From NCBI GenBank assembly GCA_017552105.1, contig JAFZJI010000057.1, positions 4,150 to 68,149 of the forward strand: a stretch of DNA of 64,000 nucleotides, written 5' to 3'. This DNA comes from Bacteroidales bacterium (GTDB lineage Bacteria > Bacteroidota > Bacteroidia > Bacteroidales > UBA932). The notes beneath the pieces are model-generated. The model made no database searches. It was given only the letters and a program-made list of their open reading frames with translations, and was not told the DNA's origin. Position numbers and translations under genes: made by a program. Below, piece after piece: positions 39,185 through 47,914 of the stretch. The stretch's first letter is position 1. Every line of letters starts with the position of its first letter.

Positions 39185-40846
39185 ATGTTGGAAAGATTTC
39201 TCCGCAAACAAGGGAAGGAACTGGAATTCAATGTTCCCGATCATTTCAATTTCGCATACGACGTAGTGGATGTCTGGGCTCAGGAGGCTCCGGACAAGAC
39301 CGCACTTATCTGGACCAGCGACACCGAGCCCGAAAGGCGCATGAGTTTCGCCGATCTCAAACGCGAAAGCGACAAGGTCGCGGGATATCTCAGCGGGCTC
39401 GGAATAGGCCGGGGCGACTTCGTGATGCTCATCCTCAAGCGCCGGCTCCCCTTCTGGACCACCATGCTGGCCCTCGAAAAGATAGGTGCCGTGGCCATCC
39501 CCGCCACCTTCCTGCTCACTGCGCACGACATAATCTACCGCTGCAAATCCGCCGAAATCAAGGCTATCATCTGCTGCGGAGACGAAGATATACTCCAGAA
39601 AGTCGCCGATGCGGAGCCCAAGTGCCCATATCTGGAGCGGCTCATAAGCATAGGTCCCGAAGTGCCCGAGGGATTCGAGGATTTCGAAGCGGGCGTCGCC
39701 GCCGCGGAACCCTGGGTACGCGGCGACTGGAAGAACGAGAGCGAGGACCCCATGCTGATGTACTTTACCTCCGGTACCTCGGACGAGCCCAAGATGGTCA
39801 TGCACAGCCATACATACGCTTTGAGCCACCTTGTGACCGCCGCATACTGGCACCAGCTTACCCCCGACAGCATACACTTCACCTATTCCGACACGGGATG
39901 GGGCAAAGCCGTGTGGGGCAAGCTCTACGGGCAGTGGATAGTGGGTGCTGCCGTCTTCGTGTATGACCACGAAAAATTCGTTCCGGCTGAGCTGCTGGCA
40001 TTGATAGGCAAATACCGCATCACATCCTTCTGCGCCCCTCCCACCATCTACCGCTTCCTCATAAAGGAGCATTTCAACTGCTTCGACCTCAGCTCCCTGA
40101 AGCATTGCACTACCGCCGGCGAGGCCCTCAACCCTTCGGTCTTCGAGGAGTTCCACCGCCGCACGGGCCTCTGGATATACGAGGCTTTCGGGCAGACCGA
40201 GACCACCCTTACCCTGGGCACCTTCCCCTGGGTGAAACCGCGCCCCGGTTCCATGGGCATGCCCTCCCCCGCATATGATATCGACATCCTCACTCCGGAA
40301 GGCCGTCCGGCCGCACCCGGCGAGCGCGGCGTGATAGTCATACGCACCGACAGAAAACGCCCCATAGGTCTCTTCCTCGGCTACTACAGGAACCCCAAGC
40401 TCACCCGGAAAGCCTGGCACGACGGAGTGTATTATACCGGAGATGTCGCCTACCGCGACGAGGACGGATACTTCTGGTTCGAAGGCCGTACCGACGACCT
40501 TATCAAGACTTCCGGCTACCGCGTGAGCCCGTTCGAGGTGGAAAGCGCGGTGATGGGCCATCCTGCAGTCGTCGAATGTGCCGTAACCGGCATCCCCGAC
40601 CCCGAAGAAGTGAGGGGCACGGTAGTGAAGGCAACGATAGTGGTGGCGGCGGAATACAAGAAACAACTGGCGGACGAACTCAGCCGCAAGGCGCTCATCA
40701 AGGATATACAGGACTTCGTCAAGCGCATCACCGCCCCTTACAAGTATCCCCGCGTCATCGAATTCGCCGACGCATTGCCCAAGACAATCAGCGGCAAGAT
40801 ACGCCACGTGGAAATAAGGGACCGCGATTCCAGGCAGAGAGCCTGA
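39185..40846 (+). CDS. Acyl-CoA synthetase (AMP-binding, acetate/short-chain type)
   Basis: YFTSGTSDEPK, FGQTET, YYTGD, GRTDDLIKTSGYR, YKYPR..LPKTISGKI. Confidence 0.92.
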   Translation: MLERFLRKQGKELEFNVPDHFNFAYDVVDVWAQEAPDKTALIWTSDTEPERRMSFADLKRESDKVAGYLSGLGIGRGDFVMLILKRRLPFWTTMLALEKIGAVAIPATFLLTAHDIIYRCKSAEIKAIICCGDEDILQKVADAEPKCPYLERLISIGPEVPEGFEDFEAGVAAAEPWVRGDWKNESEDPMLMYFTSGTSDEPKMVMHSHTYALSHLVTAAYWHQLTPDSIHFTYSDTGWGKAVWGKLYGQWIVGAAVFVYDHEKFVPAELLALIGKYRITSFCAPPTIYRFLIKEHFNCFDLSSLKHCTTAGEALNPSVFEEFHRRTGLWIYEAFGQTETTLTLGTFPWVKPRPGSMGMPSPAYDIDILTPEGRPAAPGERGVIVIRTDRKRPIGLFLGYYRNPKLTRKAWHDGVYYTGDVAYRDEDGYFWFEGRTDDLIKTSGYRVSPFEVESAVMGHPAVVECAVTGIPDPEEVRGTVVKATIVVAAEYKKQLADELSRKALIKDIQDFVKRITAPYKYPRVIEFADALPKTISGKIRHVEIRDRDSRQRA

Positions 40847-41533
40847 TTACCCAAGCATCTTCGCAATCTGCGCATCCGAGGCTCCGGGTGCGTTTTTGCG
40901 TATCACTTCGGAGAGGAATCGGTAGGATCCGTCCGGAGTCAGCGACGAGCGCAGGCTGCGCTCTTCCATGAAGGCAGCGAAGGGGAAGCCGGATGAGCCG
41001 GACGGAGTGTTTTCGAAGAGGGATTCCGGGGAGCAGAAAGTGCTGACCTGCCAACCCACGTAGCGGAGATCCTGGCCGCGGTACACGCGGGTGATATCTC
41101 CGGTAAGGGCGAGGGTTTTCATGTGCAGGCGGGACATCAGTGCATCTGCGGCGCTCTTTTTTATGCCGAGCAGATGGCGTATGTCGCGCATCTCCACGGA
41201 ACCGCGCTCCGCCATGAAATCCAGGACCTTGCGCTCTTCCGCATCCGGAAGATAAGCACGCCGGCTGCGGCGCCAGTTCACCAGTTCCCTATATACCTCG
41301 AAAGTAGCGAATGCGGCCTTACCTCCCCAGACGAACTTGCCATAGGCGATATCGCCGCTCTGCACGCAGTCTATCTTCCAGTCCCAGGGGCCCAGAGCAT
41401 CTCCCCCGTCGAACCAGAATTCGGCTGGAGTACGCTCCTCGATGGAATACCCGGGGATCTTATTTGAGAAAAATGGGATGAGGCCTGCTTCCTGAATTAC
41501 GGAAAGCATCGCCTCCGCACTGGTTACTTTCAT
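40847..41533 (-). CDS. Hypothetical protein, AlkZ-related winged-helix family
   Basis: G.IPFF.N.IPGYSIEE, GPWDWK, GDIAYGKF..GKAAF, GWQVSTF..PE. Confidence 0.65.
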   Translation of the reverse strand: MKVTSAEAMLSVIQEAGLIPFFSNKIPGYSIEERTPAEFWFDGGDALGPWDWKIDCVQSGDIAYGKFVWGGKAAFATFEVYRELVNWRRSRRAYLPDAEERKVLDFMAERGSVEMRDIRHLLGIKKSAADALMSRLHMKTLALTGDITRVYRGQDLRYVGWQVSTFCSPESLFENTPSGSSGFPFAAFMEERSLRSSLTPDGSYRFLSEVIRKNAPGASDAQIAKMLG

Positions 41534-41536
41534 GGC

Positions 41537-41611
41537 TGGTACCCCCGAGGCGAATCGAACGCCTATCGTCGGAACCGGAATCCGAAATTCTATCCATTAA
41601 ACTACAGGGGC
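41537..41611 (-). tRNA. tRNA-Arg (CCG) with encoded CCA
   Basis: Minus strand GCCCCTGTAGTTTAATGGATAGAA-TTCGGATTCCGGTTCCGA...GTTCGATTCGCCTCGGGGGTACCA. Confidence 0.95.
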
Positions 41612-41672
41612 GAAAATGGACCGCAAATATACCAATTTTTTGTTATATTTGTGAACTAAAACCCGAATCACT

Positions 41673-42563
41673 ATGAAAGCATACGTCTTCCCCGGACAGG
41701 GGGCCCAATTCCCCGGAATGGGCAAAGATCTTTACGAAAGCAGTCCAAAGGCAAAAGCCTTGATGGACAAGGCGAACGACATCCTGGGCTTCAGGATTAC
41801 AGATATTATGTTCAACGGAACTCCCGACGAGCTGAAGGCCACCAAGGTCACTCAGCCCGCTATTTTCATACACTCCGTAGCACTCGCCCTCTGCTCTGAA
41901 GGGCTTCCTGCCCCGGACATGACCGGAGGCCACTCCCTCGGAGAATTCTCCGCCCTGGTTGCCGCCGGAGCAGTCAGTTTCGAGGACGGTCTCAAACTCG
42001 TGGCCGTGCGTGCCAACGAGATGCAGAAATGCTGCGAGAGCGTTCCCGGCACCATGGCCGCAATCATCGGACTTCCCACCGAGACCGTCGAACAGATTTG
42101 CGAGAATACCGAAGGCATAGTCATCGCCGCTAACTATAACTGCGACGGGCAGATAGTCATCTCCGGCGAAAACGACGCCGTGCTTGCCGCCTGCGAGGCC
42201 TGCAAGGCCGCCGGTGCGAAGCGCGCACTTCCCCTCGCGGTGAGCGGAGCTTTCCACTCCCCCCTCATGGAGCCTGCCCGCGCCGAGCTTGCCAAGGCAA
42301 TCGAGGCCACCGAGGTCAAGGCCCCGCGCTGCCCCATCTACCAGAATGTGAGCGCGCAACCCGAAACCGATCCCGTCCGCATAAAAGATAACCTCCTGAA
42401 ACAACTCACCAGCCCGGTCCGTTGGACACAGAGCGTGAAGAACATGCTCTCAGATGGTGCCGACGACTTCCTGGAGCTTGGGCCCGGAACTGTACTTCAG
42501 GGCCTCGTGAAGCGCATCAGCGGAGCAGAAGGAAAGGAGGTCGCCATCAATGGCATCAGCTAG
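41673..42563 (+). CDS. fabD: Malonyl-CoA:ACP transacylase
   Basis: VFPGQGAQ, GHSLGE, SGAFHSPLM, SPVRW. Confidence 0.97.
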   Translation: MKAYVFPGQGAQFPGMGKDLYESSPKAKALMDKANDILGFRITDIMFNGTPDELKATKVTQPAIFIHSVALALCSEGLPAPDMTGGHSLGEFSALVAAGAVSFEDGLKLVAVRANEMQKCCESVPGTMAAIIGLPTETVEQICENTEGIVIAANYNCDGQIVISGENDAVLAACEACKAAGAKRALPLAVSGAFHSPLMEPARAELAKAIEATEVKAPRCPIYQNVSAQPETDPVRIKDNLLKQLTSPVRWTQSVKNMLSDGADDFLELGPGTVLQGLVKRISGAEGKEVAINGIS

Positions 42564-42589
42564 AGTCTACATAATTTATCGATAAAAAT

Positions 42590-45500
42590 ATGGCTAAAGA
42601 AAAAAAATTCATTACTTGTGACGGTAACACCGCCGTAGCCGGCATCGCATATCTTTTCAGCGAGCACGCGGCGATCTATCCGATCACACCTTCATCTCCG
42701 ATGGCAGAGAACATCGACGAATGGGCTGCCCACGGAAAGAAGAACCTTTGGGGGGAGACCGTAAAGGTCACCGAATTGCAGAGTGAGGGCGGTGCTTCCG
42801 GAACAGTGCACGGTTCCCTTCAGGCAGGTGCTCTCACTACCACCTACACAGCCTCCCAGGGTCTTCTGCTGATGATTCCGAACATGTACAAGATTGCGGG
42901 TGAGATGCTCCCCACCGTCTTCCATGTCTCGGCCCGCGCGCTCGCTTCGCACGCACTTTCAATTTTCGGTGACCACCAGGATGTGATGGCCTGCCGCCAG
43001 ACCGGCTTCGCAATGCTGGCATCCGGCTCCGTACAGGAAGCCCAGGACCTCGCAGCAGTAGCACATCTGTCCACCATCAAGAGCAGCATTCCTTTCCTGC
43101 ACTTCTTCGACGGATTCCGTACATCTCACGAGATCCAGAAGATCGAAGCCATCGACGAGGACGACCTCCGCAAGATGGTCAGCACGAAGGCTCTCCAGCA
43201 GTTCCGCGAAAGGGCCCTCAATCCGGAAGCTCCCGTCACCCGCGGTACCGCACAGAACGGTGACGTTTACTTCCAGGCCGTCGAGTCCCGCAACAAGGTC
43301 TACGACAAGGTTCCCGATGTTGTTGCCCGTTACATGGGCGAGATCGGCGAAGCCACCGGACGCATCTACCGTCCTTTCGACTACTACGGAGATCCTAAGG
43401 CAGAGAACATCATCATCGCAATGGGTTCGGTTACCGAGACCATACGCGAGACCATCGACTATCTCAATGCCCAAGGCCGCAAGTACGGTCTCGTTTCCGT
43501 ACACCTCTATCGTCCTTTCAGCACCAAGTACCTGATGAAGGCCATTCCTGAAAGCACGAAGAAGATCGCCGTCCTCGACCGCACCAAGGAGCCCGGCTCC
43601 CTCGGAGAGCCCCTCTACCTGGACATCAAGGCCGCCTTCCAGGGCGTTGCCGATGCCCCCATCATCGTAGGCGGCCGTTATGGCCTGTCCAGCAAGGACA
43701 CCACCCCCGCCCAGATCATCGCAGTTTACGACAATCTTGAACTCAAGAGCCCCAAGAACGACTTCACCATCGGCATCGTGGACGATGTCACCTTCCAGAG
43801 CCTTCCTACCAAGGGAGAAATCTCCATCGTGAAGCCCGGCACCACCGAGTGCAAGTTCTTCGGCCTCGGTTCCGACGGTACCGTGGGTGCCAACAAGAAC
43901 ACCATCAAGATCATCGGTTCCCATACCGACCTGTATTCCCAGGCTTACTTCGACTACGATTCCAAGAAGTCCGGCGGATACACCTGCTCCCACCTCCGTT
44001 TCGGTAAAGAGCCCATCCGTGCTCCTTATCTCGTGTCCACTCCCGACTTCGTCGCCTGCCACGTTCCTTCCTATCTCGAGAAGTACGACGTGCTCAAGGG
44101 CATCAAGGAAGGCGGCAGCCTCCTGCTGAACTCCCTCTGGGATGAGGCGGAGACCCTCGAGCGCATTCCCGACAACGTGAAGAGCATCATCGGCAAGAAG
44201 CATATCAAGCTCTATATCATCAACGCCACCAAGATCGCGGCCGAAATCGGCCTCGGCGGGCGTACCAACACCATTCTCCAGAGCGCATTCTTCCGCATCA
44301 CCGGCATCATCCCCGCAGAGGATGCAGTGAAGTACATGAAGGACGCAGCCCTCAAGAGCTATGGCAAGAAGGGCGAGAATGTGGTCAACATGAACTATGC
44401 AGCCATCGACCGCGGCGGCGAGTACGTCGAGGTCAAGGTTCCTGCAGAGTGGGCCAACATCAGCGCCAAGTTCGAGAATCCCGGAAAGGCCCGTCTGGCA
44501 CCTTCCTTCGTGAAGGAGATCGCCGACGTCGTAAATGCCCAGGAGGGTGACACCCTGCCCGTGAGCGCATTCCTCCCCTACCAGGACGGCACCATGCCCG
44601 CCGGCACTTCCGCATACGAGAAGCGCGGCGTAGCAGTGGATGTTCCCGTCTGGAACGGTGAGACCTGTATCCAGTGCAACAACTGTGCATTCGTCTGCCC
44701 TCACGCAGCTATCCGTCCTTTCCTCATCAGCGCAGAAGAGGCCGATGCTGCCGCTGCCGCCGGCGTCAAGTTCGTCGAAGGCAAGGCCAACCTCAAGGAC
44801 TACAAGTTCGTCATGGGAGTTTCCGTCGCCGACTGTACCGGTTGCGGCAACTGCGTGGACGTCTGCCCTACCAAGCCCGAAAAGAGCCTCAGCATGCAGC
44901 CTTACATGGAGCATGTCGCCGACCAGGAAGCATTCGACTACCTGAACACCAAGATCGGCTACAAGACTCCTCTCGATCCTAAGAGCAACCTCAAGGCAGC
45001 CCAGTTCAGCCAGCCTCTGTTCGAGTTCTCCGGAGCTTGCGCAGGTTGCGGCGAGACCCCTTACATCAAGAACATCACCCAGCTCTTCGGCGATCACATG
45101 ATGATTGCCAACGCTACCGGTTGTTCTTCCATCTACGGTGCCTCCTTCCCCGCTTCTCCTTACTGCACCAACGACAAGGGCCACGGTCCCGCATGGGCCA
45201 ACTCCCTGTTCGAGGACTTCTGCGAGTTCGGCCTCGGCATGCATCTCGGTTCCGACCGTATCCGCGAGACCGTAGCATCCATCATGGAGAAGGCTCTCGA
45301 GTGCGAGAGTTGCTCCGAGCAGATCAAGGCCCTCATGAAGGAGTGGCTCGCCGACAGGAACAACTACGCCGTTACCCGCAAGGTTGCCGACGAACTCGTT
45401 CCTATGATGGAGAAGTGCGGTTGCGACTGCTGCAAGAAGCTGCTCGAGCTCAAGAACTTCATTCCTTCCCGCAGCCAGTGGATCTTCGGCGGTGACGGTG

Positions 45501-46120
45501 CCTCCTACGACATCGGTTACGGCGGACTCGACCACGTGCTTGCCAGCGGCGAGAATGTGAACATCCTGGTGCTCGACACCGAGGTTTACTCCAACACCGG
45601 CGGACAGTCTTCCAAGGCTACTCCTGCAGGTGCCATCGCCAAGTTCGCCGCCAGCGGAAAGAAGATCCGCAAGAAGGATCTCGGCATGATGGCGATGAGC
45701 TACGGCTACGTCTACGTTGCCCAGGTGGCAATGGGAGCAAGCCCCGTGCAGTATATGAATGCCATCAAGGAAGCCGAGGCATATGATGGGCCTTCACTCA
45801 TCATCGCCTACGCACCTTGTATCAACCACGGTCTCAAGGCCGGCATGGGTCTCAGCCAGAAGGAAGAGAAACTCGCCGTCGACTGCGGTTACTGGCATCT
45901 GTACCGCTACAACCCTACTCTGGAAGGCACCGACAAGAATCCTTTCAGCCTCGACAGCAAGGAGCCCGATTGGAGCAAGTTCCAGGACTTCCTCAAGGGA
46001 GAGGTCCGTTTCGCATCCCTCTACAAGCTCTTCCCCGAGCGTGCAGAAGAACTTCTGCAGAAGACCGAAGAGTTTGCCAAGGTGCGTCTCGAAACCTACA
46101 AGAGGCTCGCAAACAAGTAA
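42590..46120 (+). CDS. nifJ: Pyruvate:ferredoxin (flavodoxin) oxidoreductase
   Basis: YPITPSS, QSEGGA, two CxxCxxCxxxCP motifs, GACAGCGE, GGDGASYDIG. Confidence 0.97.
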   Translation: MAKEKKFITCDGNTAVAGIAYLFSEHAAIYPITPSSPMAENIDEWAAHGKKNLWGETVKVTELQSEGGASGTVHGSLQAGALTTTYTASQGLLLMIPNMYKIAGEMLPTVFHVSARALASHALSIFGDHQDVMACRQTGFAMLASGSVQEAQDLAAVAHLSTIKSSIPFLHFFDGFRTSHEIQKIEAIDEDDLRKMVSTKALQQFRERALNPEAPVTRGTAQNGDVYFQAVESRNKVYDKVPDVVARYMGEIGEATGRIYRPFDYYGDPKAENIIIAMGSVTETIRETIDYLNAQGRKYGLVSVHLYRPFSTKYLMKAIPESTKKIAVLDRTKEPGSLGEPLYLDIKAAFQGVADAPIIVGGRYGLSSKDTTPAQIIAVYDNLELKSPKNDFTIGIVDDVTFQSLPTKGEISIVKPGTTECKFFGLGSDGTVGANKNTIKIIGSHTDLYSQAYFDYDSKKSGGYTCSHLRFGKEPIRAPYLVSTPDFVACHVPSYLEKYDVLKGIKEGGSLLLNSLWDEAETLERIPDNVKSIIGKKHIKLYIINATKIAAEIGLGGRTNTILQSAFFRITGIIPAEDAVKYMKDAALKSYGKKGENVVNMNYAAIDRGGEYVEVKVPAEWANISAKFENPGKARLAPSFVKEIADVVNAQEGDTLPVSAFLPYQDGTMPAGTSAYEKRGVAVDVPVWNGETCIQCNNCAFVCPHAAIRPFLISAEEADAAAAAGVKFVEGKANLKDYKFVMGVSVADCTGCGNCVDVCPTKPEKSLSMQPYMEHVADQEAFDYLNTKIGYKTPLDPKSNLKAAQFSQPLFEFSGACAGCGETPYIKNITQLFGDHMMIANATGCSSIYGASFPASPYCTNDKGHGPAWANSLFEDFCEFGLGMHLGSDRIRETVASIMEKALECESCSEQIKALMKEWLADRNNYAVTRKVADELVPMMEKCGCDCCKKLLELKNFIPSRSQWIFGGDGASYDIGYGGLDHVLASGENVNILVLDTEVYSNTGGQSSKATPAGAIAKFAASGKKIRKKDLGMMAMSYGYVYVAQVAMGASPVQYMNAIKEAEAYDGPSLIIAYAPCINHGLKAGMGLSQKEEKLAVDCGYWHLYRYNPTLEGTDKNPFSLDSKEPDWSKFQDFLKGEVRFASLYKLFPERAEELLQKTEEFAKVRLETYKRLANK

Positions 46121-46143
46121 TCCGTTGTATTGCCTTTATACCG

Positions 46144-46179
46144 AGAGGGGCCGGCCTTGATGGTCGGTCCCTCTTTATT
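46144..46179 (+). terminator. Intrinsic terminator after nifJ
   Basis: AGAGGGGCCGGCC-TTGAT-GGTCGGTCCCTCT followed by TTATT. Confidence 0.7.
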
Positions 46180-46201
46180 GTTGGCTGTGCCGGAAAGGGG
46201 C

Positions 46202-46570
46202 TCAGTCGAGTTCGATGTGGATGTCGCGGCCCGAGGCCCAGACGGAGGCTTCCGACCCGTCGTCCAGCTTGAGGCGGACGGGGGCGACCGGTGTGGGATG
46301 TATGGCCAGAGGATCCGGATGGAAGGCCTTGTCGGCCACGGAATACCAGTGGGCTATCTGACGGGCATAGCCTTCGAAAAGGCGGCCGTTTTCGGTGAGG
46401 CTTATCTCTCCGCGGGCGCGCTCCATCAGCTGGACGCCGAGCAACCTCTCGAGTTCGGCGATGTTCTGGCTGACTGCCGGCTGGGTGATGCCCAGCTTGT
46501 TGGCGGCGGCGGTGAAGTTGCCACACTCGATTACGGTAAGGAATATCTTGATTCTGGTATCTTCAAGCAT
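46202..46570 (-). CDS. Short LysR-type HTH protein (122 aa) without a substrate-binding domain
   Basis: MLEDTRIKIFLTVIECGNFTAAANKLGITQPAVSQNIAELE...LTENG; the ORF-track upstream extension is spurious. Confidence 0.85.
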   Translation of the reverse strand: MLEDTRIKIFLTVIECGNFTAAANKLGITQPAVSQNIAELERLLGVQLMERARGEISLTENGRLFEGYARQIAHWYSVADKAFHPDPLAIHPTPVAPVRLKLDDGSEASVWASGRDIHIELD

Positions 46571-46609
46571 ATCGCAAATATAAGAAATATTTATTACTAT
46601 CTTTGTGCT

Positions 46610-47257
46610 ATGAAGATCGGCATAATGACAGCGATGGACCGGGAGTTCGAAATGGCCTCCAAAGTCCTCAAGAATCACGGAAAACACGTAATAATCCCCG
46701 TACACTGCGGCTGGGGAAAGGTAAACTCCGCCGTCAACGCCTACAAGCTCATCACGGAGCACCATCCCGACTGCATAATCTCCACCGGTTGCGCCGGAGG
46801 CGTGGCAGCCGACATCCATCTGCTGGATGTCGTCGTGGCCGCCCAGGTAGCCTATCACGACTGCTGGTACGGTGAGCCCAACGAATATGGGCAGGTGCAG
46901 GGATTTCCCGCCAGGTTCGATGCCGATCCTGCTCTCCTGGACGCCGCGCGCAGCCTGGACGATCCGCATCTGCGTTTCGGGCTCATGGCCAGCGGCGACC
47001 GTTTCTGCTCGGGGCCTGCGGACAATGCCGTAATACTGGGGCATTTCCCCGACGCGCTGGCCTGCGACATGGAGTCCGGCGCCATCTCTCAGGTATGCCA
47101 CTCTTACGGAGTTCCCTTCATGAGCGTAAGGGTAATCAGCGACACCGCTGCCGAAGAAGACCGCCTGGGCCAGTTCACGGACTTCTGGTCTACCGTGGGC
47201 CGCGAGTCTTTCGAGATACTCCAGAAACTGGTGGACGCCATTCCGGAAAAGATATAA
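46610..47257 (+). CDS. mtnN: 5'-methylthioadenosine/S-adenosylhomocysteine nucleosidase
   Basis: KIGIMTAM, GWGKVNSA, STGCAGG, SGDRF, DMESGAI, RVISD. Confidence 0.93.
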   Translation: MKIGIMTAMDREFEMASKVLKNHGKHVIIPVHCGWGKVNSAVNAYKLITEHHPDCIISTGCAGGVAADIHLLDVVVAAQVAYHDCWYGEPNEYGQVQGFPARFDADPALLDAARSLDDPHLRFGLMASGDRFCSGPADNAVILGHFPDALACDMESGAISQVCHSYGVPFMSVRVISDTAAEEDRLGQFTDFWSTVGRESFEILQKLVDAIPEKI

Positions 47258-47291
47258 AAAAAAGTTCCGTGCGCTGCGCGGAACTGCAAAA
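47256..47291. terminator. Terminator between convergent mtnN and ferredoxin genes
   Basis: A-run followed by the AGTTCCGTGC-GCT-GCGCGGAACT hairpin. Confidence 0.65.
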
Positions 47292-47308
47292 CACTGTGTT
47301 GGTAGCTG

Positions 47309-47479
47309 TTACTCCTCGGAAATAGCTCCCATGGGGCATGCTCCGGCACAAGTGCCGCAGCTAATGCACACATCGGGATCGATGGTGTAAACATCACCTT
47401 CGTGGATAGCGCCGGTAGGGCACTCACCCATGCAGGTACCACAAGCAACACAGCTGTCAGGGGAAATTTTGTAAGCCAT
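47309..47479 (-). CDS. fdx: 2[4Fe-4S] ferredoxin (56 aa; not in the ORF track)
   Basis: MAYKISPDSCVACGTCMGECPTGAIHEGDVYTIDPDVCISCGTCAGACPMGAISEE; promoter TACCTTTG at 47511-47518. Confidence 0.96.
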   Translation of the reverse strand: MAYKISPDSCVACGTCMGECPTGAIHEGDVYTIDPDVCISCGTCAGACPMGAISEE

Positions 47480-47542
47480 ATCTTTAGTATAAAGTTTTAT
47501 ATCTCGGACGCAAAGGTAAGGTTTTTGTTATAAATTTGCAAT

Positions 47543-47890
47543 ATGAAATTACTTCTGATATTGTTGACCGTCCTCATAGGGGGCCGCGCACAGTTCGACA
47601 AGACCGTCCACGACTTCGGAACCATATCCTCCGCGGACGGCCCCCAGACCTGCATATTCAACGTCACCAACACAGGTGACGAGCCCCTTACCATACTTTC
47701 CGCAATCAGTTCCTGCGGCTGCACCAATGTCCGCTGGACCCGCACCAGCCTGGCCAAGGGAGAGACGGGAAAGATAGAGGCGACCTACACGAACGAAGAC
47801 GGTCCCTACCCCTTCGACAAAACCGTCACCGTGTATCTTTCAGATATCAAAAAACCTGTGGTCCTGCATCTTCGCGGTGTAGTGAAATAG
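47543..47890 (+). CDS. DUF1573 Ig-like domain protein
   Basis: HDFGTI, NTGDEPLTI...SSCGCT, FDKTVTV, L.LRG.V. Confidence 0.85.
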   Translation: MKLLLILLTVLIGGRAQFDKTVHDFGTISSADGPQTCIFNVTNTGDEPLTILSAISSCGCTNVRWTRTSLAKGETGKIEATYTNEDGPYPFDKTVTVYLSDIKKPVVLHLRGVVK

Positions 47891-47914
47891 CTGATTTTTT
47901 GTTATCTTTGTAAG

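Noticed and set aside
34796-41611. Genomic island bounded by the two tRNAs
   Set aside because: No integrase or att duplication, and the internal peptidase and synthetase genes have host-like codon usage.
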